From Candidatus Micrarchaeota archaeon (GTDB taxonomy: Archaea > Micrarchaeota > Micrarchaeia > Anstonellales > Bilamarchaeaceae): 64,000 nt of DNA. The stretch lies in assembly GCA_043812915.1 (NCBI GenBank), contig JBDRLQ010000003.1, forward strand, positions 128,047 through 192,046, written 5' to 3'. This document shows positions 7,629-15,147 of this stretch, in pieces (the first letter of the stretch is position 1; every line of letters begins with the position of its first letter). The notes under the pieces are model-generated. The model saw only the letters and a program-made list of their open reading frames with translations, ran no database searches and was not told where the DNA came from. Position numbers and translations under genes: made by a program.

Positions 7629-10583
7629 ATGGAACTGAACCTAAAGAAGATGGGGGCAATTGTTGCGGGTGCAACAATTTTGGCCAGCTCAGTCGGTTTT
7701 GCCGGACTTATGTTTGGTGACACCACGCTGGTGGACGACAACGGAGCCCCGTTAGCAAAAGTCGTCCTGGGATCAAAGAGTGCAGCACCTGATGGTGTGG
7801 CAGCTGGTCTCATCGCGGGAAAGATGGTGAGTGAATCGTATGCAGTTGAAGAACTCACCGCACAGGTCGCCGGAACCGCAACTTGCGGTGAGGGCAGCGG
7901 TACCGGAACAGGCACCGGAACTTGTGACATAGCCGATGAGAAAGCTAAACTCCAGATTACAGTACCTGGAAGCGCCATGGAGGGAACTTACACGGTCAAC
8001 AACTTGATCGGTGACTACCTCAACAGGAGGCTCAAGGACAGGGAAGACAATGTCGCAGGAGACTCTGACTCTGACTACCCGATGGGTGGCTCTGACGTCT
8101 CAGAGAACGCGAACCCGTTCACTGACGGCACTGGACCTGGCGGATCAATCGGCCCGAGCGAAACCTTCCTCTACAGGATTGATGGTGGAATGTTCTCTCC
8201 GTTCCAGACGCAGAACCTCGTCGATGACGATGCTGCGAGGAACTACGTCGAAGAGCAGAACATGTGGCTTCAGGGAGACAGCCACTACGATGAATCCCCA
8301 GAGGAAATCGTCGGTGACCTGAGATTCTTGGCATACACGCTCAAGTTCTCTGGCTCAGGTGATGACTTTGGTATCCCGGTGTGTACGACCCCTGATGGAA
8401 CAGACTATGCAGACTGTCTGCTTGGTGCAACTCCGCAGTCCCACTATGAAACCGCAAGCCACAAGGTAAGAGTATACTTCCTTGGCGAGCAGTGGGTCAT
8501 CAGCGACATGAGTCCGCCTTTAACGGCACTCACGTCCGAGACCTCGCTTGTTGATGGTGGATGGGTTAAGCTGGCAAAGGAGTCCATTTCTGGTGTTATC
8601 AACCAGGGTGAGGCACTTCCGGTCGATGACCTGAAGTTCCAGCTGGACGACCTTGAGGCACACGGTGACACGACCGCAGCCATTATCTCTGTCCTTGACG
8701 CGAACGGCAACGTTCTGAAAAAGGACAAGGTTGGTGAGGGTGATACGAAGGAATTCGCAATCGAGGGAACAACTTACAGGTTCCACGTATACAAGGTTGC
8801 ACCTGGTTACACCTTCGGCGCGAAGTGGGCTGATGTAGCTATCTACTCCAAAGAGCTCAAGCTCGAGGATGGACAGCAGCTGGACCCGGACTACGACAAC
8901 AACGAGTACTATGAGGTAGCTCTTGGATGGAAGAACAAGGGCGCTCAGGCTGGTGTTGACGAGCAGCCGGACTTCCTGAGGACCGCGGTGGTCTTCACAG
9001 AAGACATCGGATCAATCTCAAGCGGTGGCGAGGAGCAGTTCGAGGTTGGTGACTACCTGCCTATCGTGCAGGACCCGGTCGCCTGGAGGCTTACCTACCA
9101 GGGCCTGGACATTACCAACAGCGAGAGGACTTACCTTAGGTATGACCTCGAAAGGACAACTGACAAGACCCTTACGGCGAGCCACGGTCCTGTGACCGAG
9201 ACCGCAACTGGGATACGTGTTCAGTGTGACATCACAGCACCCTACGTAGAGGTCAAGTCTGGTGGAACTGGAACTATCTTCGAGATGACCGGTTCAACTG
9301 GTGAAGGTGACCAGGACACAACCCTTGCAGCAACCAGGTTCTATGTAGCAACCAATGGTGCAACTTGTGAAAATGACACAAGCGTTGTGGGTGGTGGATT
9401 CCCGGCTGGATGTCCTCTTGGTGTATGCCCTGCAGGTACTATCTTCATGACTCTCTCCCCGTCGTCCAACGACTATGGGCTCGAGGGCTATGATGAGGTT
9501 GCCGACGGCGGCGCAGCTTGTCCGAACGTATTCCTCAGCCAGGTGGTTGATTACAGCACCATTGGAGATGGTGACACCGACTGGTTGACTGGTGGTATGC
9601 TGGAAGTTTCAAGCTACCTCAGTGCGTCTCCTGCAGCTCAAGGATTTGCAGCAACGGACAACGGATGCAGTTACATGGGAGGCCTCAGGGCAGAGAACAC
9701 AACGCCCTGTATGTCCGACGGTGGAACTGACCCGAGGTGTTTCGGTGACGCGAGGCTGGTTGATGCAGCTGCCAATACCGACTGGTACTTCGGTCTGTCA
9801 GAGAAGGCAGGTGTGGATTCGTCCAACGACTTTGCGGACTACCACCTTGTAGGTCTTGACCTTGATGGTGGGGACTCAACCTTCAACTTCGACAGCCAGA
9901 CTGCCGGTGGTGACTACATCACCAGGGAGGACTACGAACTGTACATGTTCGCAGGACCTGTCTCAAACAGGGGCAACATCCAGACCCAGGAGGAAGGATT
10001 CATCTCTGAAAGGGGCTCTGTCTTCGATGACATCTCTGATACCTCAGTGAGGTATTACATGGCCGACGACCTTGCGTACTCTCAGTGGTACCTTTCGAGC
10101 GTTGAGCAGTCCGAAGCCGAGGCTGGCTCTGTAGTCAGGACCCTTGGTGAGGGCGAGGAAACAACCGTTAACGGCGTTACCGTTAAGGTCCTCGAAATCA
10201 CCGAGACTGTGCTGCCTTGTTCCGTTGGAACTGCAGCAACACCTGCGTGCGGACCTGCCGACATGAGTGGCGTTTCCGCGGTCATCATGCCGCAGAACAC
10301 CGCGACCGTAACCGCCTCGATTCCGTATGCATACAGCAGCTACGGGAACCTGGTTGTCCTTGATAAGGACGCGGTTGGCGTTAACACGCTCGTGTCTGTT
10401 GGTGGTGACAAGGTCAACACTGTAACCAAAGAGCTTCTCTCTGGTTCCGCAGTTGACTGGACAACTACCAAGAAGGTTGTGCGCGAAGTCGTTCAGGGCT
10501 CCAAGATTGTCGTCGCCGGTGCAGAATCCGAGGACACACTCGCAGCAGCTCAGGACTTCGTTAACCAGCTGAGGAGGGTGTAA
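7629..10583 (+). CDS. S-layer protein (Methanococcus-type N- and C-terminal regions)
   Basis: 984 aa. It has an N-terminal signal (LKKMGAIVAGATILASSVGFAG) followed by VVLGSKSAAPDGVAAGLIAGKM. The C-terminus reads LVSVGGDKVNTVTKELL...KIVVAGAESEDTLAAAQDFVNQL, resembling conserved archaeal S-layer termini. There are many Cys pairs and N-x-S/T sequons, and a strong T-rich terminator downstream. Confidence 0.75.
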   Translation: MELNLKKMGAIVAGATILASSVGFAGLMFGDTTLVDDNGAPLAKVVLGSKSAAPDGVAAGLIAGKMVSESYAVEELTAQVAGTATCGEGSGTGTGTGTCDIADEKAKLQITVPGSAMEGTYTVNNLIGDYLNRRLKDREDNVAGDSDSDYPMGGSDVSENANPFTDGTGPGGSIGPSETFLYRIDGGMFSPFQTQNLVDDDAARNYVEEQNMWLQGDSHYDESPEEIVGDLRFLAYTLKFSGSGDDFGIPVCTTPDGTDYADCLLGATPQSHYETASHKVRVYFLGEQWVISDMSPPLTALTSETSLVDGGWVKLAKESISGVINQGEALPVDDLKFQLDDLEAHGDTTAAIISVLDANGNVLKKDKVGEGDTKEFAIEGTTYRFHVYKVAPGYTFGAKWADVAIYSKELKLEDGQQLDPDYDNNEYYEVALGWKNKGAQAGVDEQPDFLRTAVVFTEDIGSISSGGEEQFEVGDYLPIVQDPVAWRLTYQGLDITNSERTYLRYDLERTTDKTLTASHGPVTETATGIRVQCDITAPYVEVKSGGTGTIFEMTGSTGEGDQDTTLAATRFYVATNGATCENDTSVVGGGFPAGCPLGVCPAGTIFMTLSPSSNDYGLEGYDEVADGGAACPNVFLSQVVDYSTIGDGDTDWLTGGMLEVSSYLSASPAAQGFAATDNGCSYMGGLRAENTTPCMSDGGTDPRCFGDARLVDAAANTDWYFGLSEKAGVDSSNDFADYHLVGLDLDGGDSTFNFDSQTAGGDYITREDYELYMFAGPVSNRGNIQTQEEGFISERGSVFDDISDTSVRYYMADDLAYSQWYLSSVEQSEAEAGSVVRTLGEGEETTVNGVTVKVLEITETVLPCSVGTAATPACGPADMSGVSAVIMPQNTATVTASIPYAYSSYGNLVVLDKDAVGVNTLVSVGGDKVNTVTKELLSGSAVDWTTTKKVVREVVQGSKIVVAGAESEDTLAAAQDFVNQLRRV

Positions 10584-10590
10584 TAACCCC

Positions 10591-10621
10591 CTTCTTTTTT
10601 TCTTTTTATTTTCCTTTTTTT
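10591..10621 (+). terminator. Oligo-T terminator after the S-layer gene
   Basis: cttctttttttctttttattttccttttttt immediately after the stop. Archaeal terminators are T-tracts. Confidence 0.6.
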
Positions 10622-10663
10622 ACTCCGCTCTTTCTGACCCTGTTTCCGGCCGTTGAGAAACCT

Positions 10664-10673
10664 TTTTAAATTC
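10664..10673 (+). promoter_or_regulatory. TATA-box-like element (tttttaaatt) upstream of the 10701 gene
   Basis: About 28-37 nt upstream of ATG 10701. A second AT-rich box lies at 10675-10691. Confidence 0.4.
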
Positions 10674-10700
10674 CTCTATACTTATATATAGTGGATTAAT

Positions 10701-11570
10701 ATGGTCAATTCTACTACTGAATCAAAGAACGAATCAAGGAAGCCAATCCAGAGGAAGCTCCAGAATGGTGCAGTTGGCGAGAAGGAGGACTCCGAGAATG
10801 GGGATTCCAAGAGGAAAAGCATCCTCAAGGCGCTCCCGCTGGTCTCGGCTGTCGCTGCGGCGAGCCTTTCATGCCATCTTGATGTCCTTCCGGCAGACGC
10901 TGGCCACGACGCTGGGCAGGACTCGGACGCCCCTGCCGATGCGGACCATGCTGATGCGGATGAGATTGAGGCTGATGTGGAAGCCGATGGCGACCTTGAT
11001 GCTGACATTGACGCGGACCTGGATGTTGATGCGGAGTCTGACGGCGATGTTGAAACCGATGGCGATGCGGATGCAGATGCCGACATGGAGCTTGACGGGG
11101 ACGTTGAGGCTGAGGGCGATGCTGATGTGGATGCAGATGCCGACGCGGATGCAGAGCTCGATGGCGACCTTGACGGCGATGCTGAAACCGATGCAGAAGC
11201 AGAGCTCGACGGTGATGCCCTGACTGATGGCGATGTTGAGGCAGATTCTGAAGCTGACGAGGAAGTTGATGGCTGCCCGTTAATCACGAACGATTCTGAG
11301 CGGGTGACGCTAACTGCGCTGGGCAGTGTGGTTCCAGTCGGAGCCTCGAACGTATCAATAATCCATCAGGGCGAATCCGGCCACATTGTGACCGTGAGGC
11401 TGGTTCTGACGTCCGACCCCTCAGTATTTATCTCGGATGCGGTTCCCTTGGGGAGCGGCCCTGGCCCGGTTGAAATCCCGATGTACTGCGGGGCCACTGC
11501 CACGGCAACGAGCATGACCGTAATAGGTGATGACCTCACAGTAACGATGGCAATAACCGGTGCGGACTGA
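10701..11570 (+). CDS. Hypothetical lipobox-bearing poly-Asp (alternating D-X) protein, paralog A
   Basis: 289 aa. It has a charged N-terminus, then a hydrophobic segment ending in ASLSC, then about 130 aa of D-X alternation (DADADADMELDGDVEAEGDADVDADADADAELDGD), then a ~95-aa non-repetitive C-terminal domain shared with the next gene. The opposite-strand and +2 ORFs are shadows of the repeat. Confidence 0.6.
   Translation: MVNSTTESKNESRKPIQRKLQNGAVGEKEDSENGDSKRKSILKALPLVSAVAAASLSCHLDVLPADAGHDAGQDSDAPADADHADADEIEADVEADGDLDADIDADLDVDAESDGDVETDGDADADADMELDGDVEAEGDADVDADADADAELDGDLDGDAETDAEAELDGDALTDGDVEADSEADEEVDGCPLITNDSERVTLTALGSVVPVGASNVSIIHQGESGHIVTVRLVLTSDPSVFISDAVPLGSGPGPVEIPMYCGATATATSMTVIGDDLTVTMAITGAD
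10881..11270 (+). repeat. GAY-NNN periodic coding repeat (alternating Asp array) in paralog A
   Basis: Asp falls at nearly every second codon over about 130 codons. All three forward frames and the reverse strand stay open. Confidence 0.8.
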
Positions 11571-11600
11571 TTCTTTTTTCTCTTTTTATCTTCATTTTCC
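11571..11600 (+). terminator. T-rich terminator after paralog A
   Basis: ttcttttttctctttttatcttcatttt directly after the stop at 11570. Confidence 0.5.
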
Positions 11601-11635
11601 CATATAATTTGTTTATTTGTGGGGAGTTATGACCA

Positions 11636-11691
11636 ATATTTATAAATGTTGTTATACATTAAACATTCTGATTTAATTTCAAAAAGGAGGG
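11636..11691 (+). promoter_or_regulatory. TATA-like box (atatttataaatg) plus Shine-Dalgarno-like GGAGGG upstream of paralog B
   Basis: TATA at 11636-11648. GGAGGG at 11686-11691 lies 7 nt before ATG 11699. Confidence 0.45.
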
Positions 11692-11698
11692 ATATTGG

Positions 11699-13531
11699 AT
11701 GAGTGGAAATGAAGTGATGAGGCAAGAGAGGACGCTACGGAATGGACAGATTGAGGGCCCAGCAAGAAATCCTGGCAGGTTTGAGAAAGCCGCGAAGAAA
11801 GTCGCGCCGTTTTTTGTCGGCACCACGCTTTTGGCCGGGGCGCTCAGGTGTAGCAGCAGCGGGGAAACCGGGCAGCCGGATGCAGGAACAACTGTTGAGC
11901 TTTGCTCGCAGGAGCCTGGCACATCGTGCAGCGCGCAGACATTCAATACTTTCCTTAACCAGGTAGCGGCCACTTTCAACCACGGCAACGGGCCAGTGGC
12001 ATTCGCCGTCTCACCTTCACTCAATGTGGAGACTCTTGATGTGATTGACCCCGAATCCGGAGTAATCAGCACCAAGAGAATCGTTTCAGCAAGGATTGCG
12101 ACCTTTGTGAGGGTCGATGTCCCAGAAGAGCGCGATGCCGGCGCTGATGCCGGCGACCTTATCTGCGGTGGCAGATGGGAAGTCGTGGAGCAGGCGAACG
12201 TTTATTCAGAAGAGGACGCAAGGGAGATGCGCGCACAGGGATTCGACGCTGTCGGAACCAGGCGCTACAACGCCCTTGGGACCGGGTATGATGTTACCCT
12301 CCTGAACCTTGATGAGGCAGTCCTCACTGATGAAGATGGCAATCCGATTCCTGATGCGGAGGGCAATATGCAGAGGACCTACGCGGTGGGCTTGAGGATT
12401 GACCCGATTTGCGATGGCGAGACCGTCGGCCCGACTGATGGCGATGCGGACGCAGACCTAGACGGAGATGTTGAGGCAGGCGGAGATGTCGACGCAGATG
12501 CGGACATGCATGATGCCGATGTCCTGCCCGATGGCGATATCGTAACTGATGGCGATGCGGATTTGGATGCCGACACGGACAGCGTGGTGGACGCTGACGG
12601 CGATGGCGGTGTCGTCTGCGAGACGAGGGATCACACATGCAACACCGAAAGGCTTGCTGAAGGATGGCTCTCTGCCGGAGAATATTTCATAATGGGAACC
12701 CGCAGGTTCCAGCTTGTCGAGCTTGAGACTGTCGGCGCATATGTGGAGGCAACCTACCGGGTCACCGACAACTGCGCAACCCCGATTCCGGGGCTTGGAG
12801 GGAGCGCCCACATAGGCGAGGAAACGGTACTTGAGAGCGCAGGTGAGGAATCATCCTACACAGTCAGGATAACTGATGTCGTAGGCGGCTCTGTCAGGTT
12901 CGAGGTTGATGAGAACTGCCCGGGAGATGTCACTGATGGCGATGCTGATGTTGACGCTGACGCGGATGCCGACATGGGCCTTGACGGGGACGTTGAGGCT
13001 GACGGCGATGCTGATGTGGATGCGGATGCAGACGCTGATTCGGAACTGGATGCGGATTCCAGCCTTGACAGTGATGTTGAGGCTGACAGCGATGCAGACG
13101 CTGACGCGGATTCAGGATTTGACGCCGATGCCGAAACCGATGTGGATGGGGGTTCGGATGCCGATGCAATAATCCCTGATGCCGATACGGACTTCGATGC
13201 GCCTCTAGGGGCATGCGACGGACTGACAAACGGGGAAGAGAGAATCCGTGTGTTTGCCGAAGTTCCGCGCCACGCACCAGTATCTCCTGATCAGGTTGAA
13301 GACAGTCATATCTCAGTCTATCCGGTCTCAACTGACGACCGGAGCGCCGTTCTAAGGATGGTCCGGACTGATGACCTGTCTGTTGCGGTCTCCGGAGACT
13401 TCGAAGTGTGGGTGGCAACCCCCATAAGGGTGGGGGTTTGCGGCGGAGACGCAACCTTCACAGCAACCACTGTCCTGGGCCGTCAGGTTGAGAGCACTGT
13501 CTCGATTACCGGACTTCCGCCAAGGCCATAG
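11699..13531 (+). CDS. Hypothetical lipobox-bearing poly-Asp (alternating D-X) protein, paralog B
   Basis: 610 aa. It has an N-terminal hydrophobic segment ending in AGALRC, two globular Cys-containing domains, two D-X arrays, and a C-terminal domain alignable to that of paralog A (C..LTN..ER...CG..AT.T..TV.G....ITG). Confidence 0.6.
   Translation: MSGNEVMRQERTLRNGQIEGPARNPGRFEKAAKKVAPFFVGTTLLAGALRCSSSGETGQPDAGTTVELCSQEPGTSCSAQTFNTFLNQVAATFNHGNGPVAFAVSPSLNVETLDVIDPESGVISTKRIVSARIATFVRVDVPEERDAGADAGDLICGGRWEVVEQANVYSEEDAREMRAQGFDAVGTRRYNALGTGYDVTLLNLDEAVLTDEDGNPIPDAEGNMQRTYAVGLRIDPICDGETVGPTDGDADADLDGDVEAGGDVDADADMHDADVLPDGDIVTDGDADLDADTDSVVDADGDGGVVCETRDHTCNTERLAEGWLSAGEYFIMGTRRFQLVELETVGAYVEATYRVTDNCATPIPGLGGSAHIGEETVLESAGEESSYTVRITDVVGGSVRFEVDENCPGDVTDGDADVDADADADMGLDGDVEADGDADVDADADADSELDADSSLDSDVEADSDADADADSGFDADAETDVDGGSDADAIIPDADTDFDAPLGACDGLTNGEERIRVFAEVPRHAPVSPDQVEDSHISVYPVSTDDRSAVLRMVRTDDLSVAVSGDFEVWVATPIRVGVCGGDATFTATTVLGRQVESTVSITGLPPRP
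12437..12610 (+). repeat. Alternating Asp array 1 of paralog B
   Basis: DGDADADLDGDVEAGGDVDADADMHDADVLPDGDIVTDGDADLDADTDSVVDADGDGG. Confidence 0.8.
12926..13198 (+). repeat. Alternating Asp array 2 of paralog B
   Basis: DGDADVDADADADMGLDGDVEADGDADVDADADADSELDADSSLDSDVEADSDADADADSGFDADAETDVDGGSDADAIIPDADTDFD. Nucleotides 12962-13023 are about 90 percent identical to 11073-11134. Confidence 0.8.
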
Positions 13532-13560
13532 TTTTCCTTTAGTTTTTTTCCTTTATTTAT
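13532..13560 (+). terminator. T-rich terminator after paralog B, merging into the TATA-like ctttatttat of the next gene
   Basis: gttttcctttagtttttttcctttatttat. ATG 13586 lies about 27-30 nt from the AT-rich core. Confidence 0.45.
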
Positions 13561-13585
13561 CCAAACGGGTTGGGTGTTGCCTTCC

Positions 13586-15070
13586 ATGAGCTCAAAACTA
13601 CAAAAAAGCCGGAATCTGTCTACAGAAATCAGGAACCCGAATCGCAAGTTCGGGACACGCACAACCCTAAAGGAGTCCATTCTTCTTTCTGCCGCTTCAA
13701 TTGCGGCGACAGTTATATTCACGCTCAGCCCTGCATACGCGCAGAGCGCCAAATGCAGCGCGCGCGTCGTTCCTGGGGAAATTGGAGAGCGCTTCTCGCT
13801 AAAGACAAGCGGAACGAAAGTTGAAGGGCTGACACTGAGGTTTTCCATCCCTGTCAAAGGCTCGCACGGGGAGCTGGCAATCAGCGGGCCCTTCGCGGAC
13901 AGCCTTGTCACAATGCCTGAAGATGTAAGATTCACCGTCCTGAGCAGCAACCTCACAAAGGGCAGGACCCTTCTTTCCTCATCGCGCAGGGCGACATTCG
14001 GATGCATTAGCGGGGATTCAGAAGCCCCGAGCCCTGTTCCAATAGAATCAATCCAGAAGCTTGTTCGTGAAGCTGGGAGCAGGATGAAGCAGCTTGATGC
14101 AACGAGGAAACTAACAGGGGTAAGCTCAAAGACCAAGGGCGATGTTTCAACATTCATATCAAAGCGCGGGCCCCTGATGTCCGCAATCAAGGGCCGTGAT
14201 ATCCCTGGTTTGCAGAGGGCAATCGAGCAGGCAGATTCGCACCTTCTGACCATGAGGTCTGAAGTGGATGCATCGGCCCAGGCGATAAAATCAGAGGCGC
14301 TTGATTTGTCCAGGCAGCTCCGCGAAGCTGCCTCAGAGCTTCCGGAAGGGAGGCAGAAAAGGGCTGCAATCCAATTGGCAGACTCTGTTGAGGCGGAGGC
14401 GGGCCGGGACCAGGTTCGCGTAAGCGCGCTTACAAAGGGCATGGCGAGCATTGGGCGCGCGATTCCGCAGGCCCGGGATGCGGCCGACGCTGCGCGGGAG
14501 AGGCAGGCGACCGCAGACGCAGCTGAAAAGGCACAGGCGGATGCCGCTGAAAAAGTTCGTGTTGAAGCAAGGACGGAAGCTGCAAAAGTGCATGGAATGG
14601 ACAGATGCACGGGGGATTTCCCAGTAAGCATAATCACAGGAAAGGGCGCGGTGGAGAGATATAAGCTCGCTGTTCCGCTTAAGCTTGTCGTGGAGTCCGG
14701 AGGCACTGCGACAAAGGATGGCACGGACCACCCGATAAGGGCCGTCCTGGAGGTTAGCGCCAAATCCATCCTTCCTCAGCATGTCAAAGGCACAATCGAA
14801 TCTGCCACAAAGACAATCAGAAGGAGCCTTGATACAAGATGCCCGGCTGGAAATCCGGCTTCAATCGAAGTAATCGAAACGAATCTGGGAGTTGCCATCA
14901 TGGGACTCCGAAACAAGATGATTAGCAAAATCGATGGCATTACGGCTGATGAGGATGGCAATCCGGAGCGCCCTCTGCTCCTGAAAGTGAGGGGGCTTCT
15001 TGCCGGCAGGTCGAAGGCCGAGGAAGATGCCGCAATATCTGCCGCCAAGCAGAAAGCAGGTGTCCGGTAA
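13586..15070 (+). CDS. Hypothetical secreted protein with a central Ala/Glu/Arg/Lys coiled coil
   Basis: The track ORF starts at GTG 13574. ATG 13586 fits the TATA spacing. The signal-like segment is ESILLSAASIAATVIFTLSPAYAQS. Beta-rich flanks surround a central helical region (ATADAAEKAQADAAEKVRVEARTEAAKV). The 428-aa minus ORF 13483..14769 is a Ser/Ala-rich shadow. Confidence 0.5.
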   Translation: MSSKLQKSRNLSTEIRNPNRKFGTRTTLKESILLSAASIAATVIFTLSPAYAQSAKCSARVVPGEIGERFSLKTSGTKVEGLTLRFSIPVKGSHGELAISGPFADSLVTMPEDVRFTVLSSNLTKGRTLLSSSRRATFGCISGDSEAPSPVPIESIQKLVREAGSRMKQLDATRKLTGVSSKTKGDVSTFISKRGPLMSAIKGRDIPGLQRAIEQADSHLLTMRSEVDASAQAIKSEALDLSRQLREAASELPEGRQKRAAIQLADSVEAEAGRDQVRVSALTKGMASIGRAIPQARDAADAARERQATADAAEKAQADAAEKVRVEARTEAAKVHGMDRCTGDFPVSIITGKGAVERYKLAVPLKLVVESGGTATKDGTDHPIRAVLEVSAKSILPQHVKGTIESATKTIRRSLDTRCPAGNPASIEVIETNLGVAIMGLRNKMISKIDGITADEDGNPERPLLLKVRGLLAGRSKAEEDAAISAAKQKAGVR

Positions 15071-15115
15071 GCCCTTTTTTCTTTGATAATGCCTTTCAGG
15101 CCTTGGCGCAAGGCC
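15071..15115 (+). terminator. T-tract followed by a perfect 7-bp hairpin (ggccttg-gcg-caaggcc)
   Basis: gcccttttttctttg at 15071-15085. The inverted repeat at 15099-15115 lies directly before the next TATA. Confidence 0.4.
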
Positions 15116-15116
15116 G

Positions 15117-15127
15117 CTTTTAAATAT
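15117..15127 (+). promoter_or_regulatory. TATA-box-like element (cttttaaatat) upstream of the lysine-free ORF
   Basis: Its centre is about 26 nt upstream of ATG 15148, so the mRNA is predicted to be leaderless. Confidence 0.5.
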
Positions 15128-15147
15128 CTTTGTTCCTTATCTTTTTC

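Noticed and set aside
7358-7978. An 88-aa plus-strand ORF (7358..7624) and a 199-aa minus-strand ORF (7379..7978) around the S-layer gene start.
   Set aside because: The first lies in the AT-rich leader and has odd composition. The second is antisense to the S-layer signal peptide region. Neither has start-site context.
10682-11287. A 201-aa Ser/Ala-rich ORF on the minus strand, and a 152-aa Met/Leu/Arg/Thr-rich ORF (10765..11223) on the plus strand, both overlapping poly-Asp paralog A.
   Set aside because: Both are frame shadows of the GAY-GCN periodic repeat. Any frame of such a repeat stays open. Only the Asp frame continues into non-repetitive N- and C-terminal domains with promoter and terminator context.
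10881-13198. Regular short-period repetition that could superficially suggest a CRISPR array or a satellite.
   Set aside because: The period is 6 nt (codon pairs), not about 60-70 nt. There are no unique spacers or conserved direct repeats. The repeats lie inside long ORFs that continue into unique domains.
12324-13454. Several ORFs overlapping paralog B: 12324..12638, 12379..12576, 12458..12811 and 12930..13454 on the minus strand, and 12906..13172 on the plus strand. Their products are Pro/His/Arg-rich or Ser/Ala-rich.
   Set aside because: These are shadows of the Asp-X arrays. Their compositions are implausible, and they are nested in a longer ORF that is coherent from end to end.
13483-14769. 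A 428-aa minus-strand ORF that is about as long as the plus-strand gene it overlaps.
   Set aside because: The product is Ser/Ala/Cys-rich low-complexity sequence, typical of the antisense of Ala/Glu/Arg-rich coding DNA in GC-rich regions. It has no promoter context. The plus-strand gene has a TATA, a signal peptide and a terminator.
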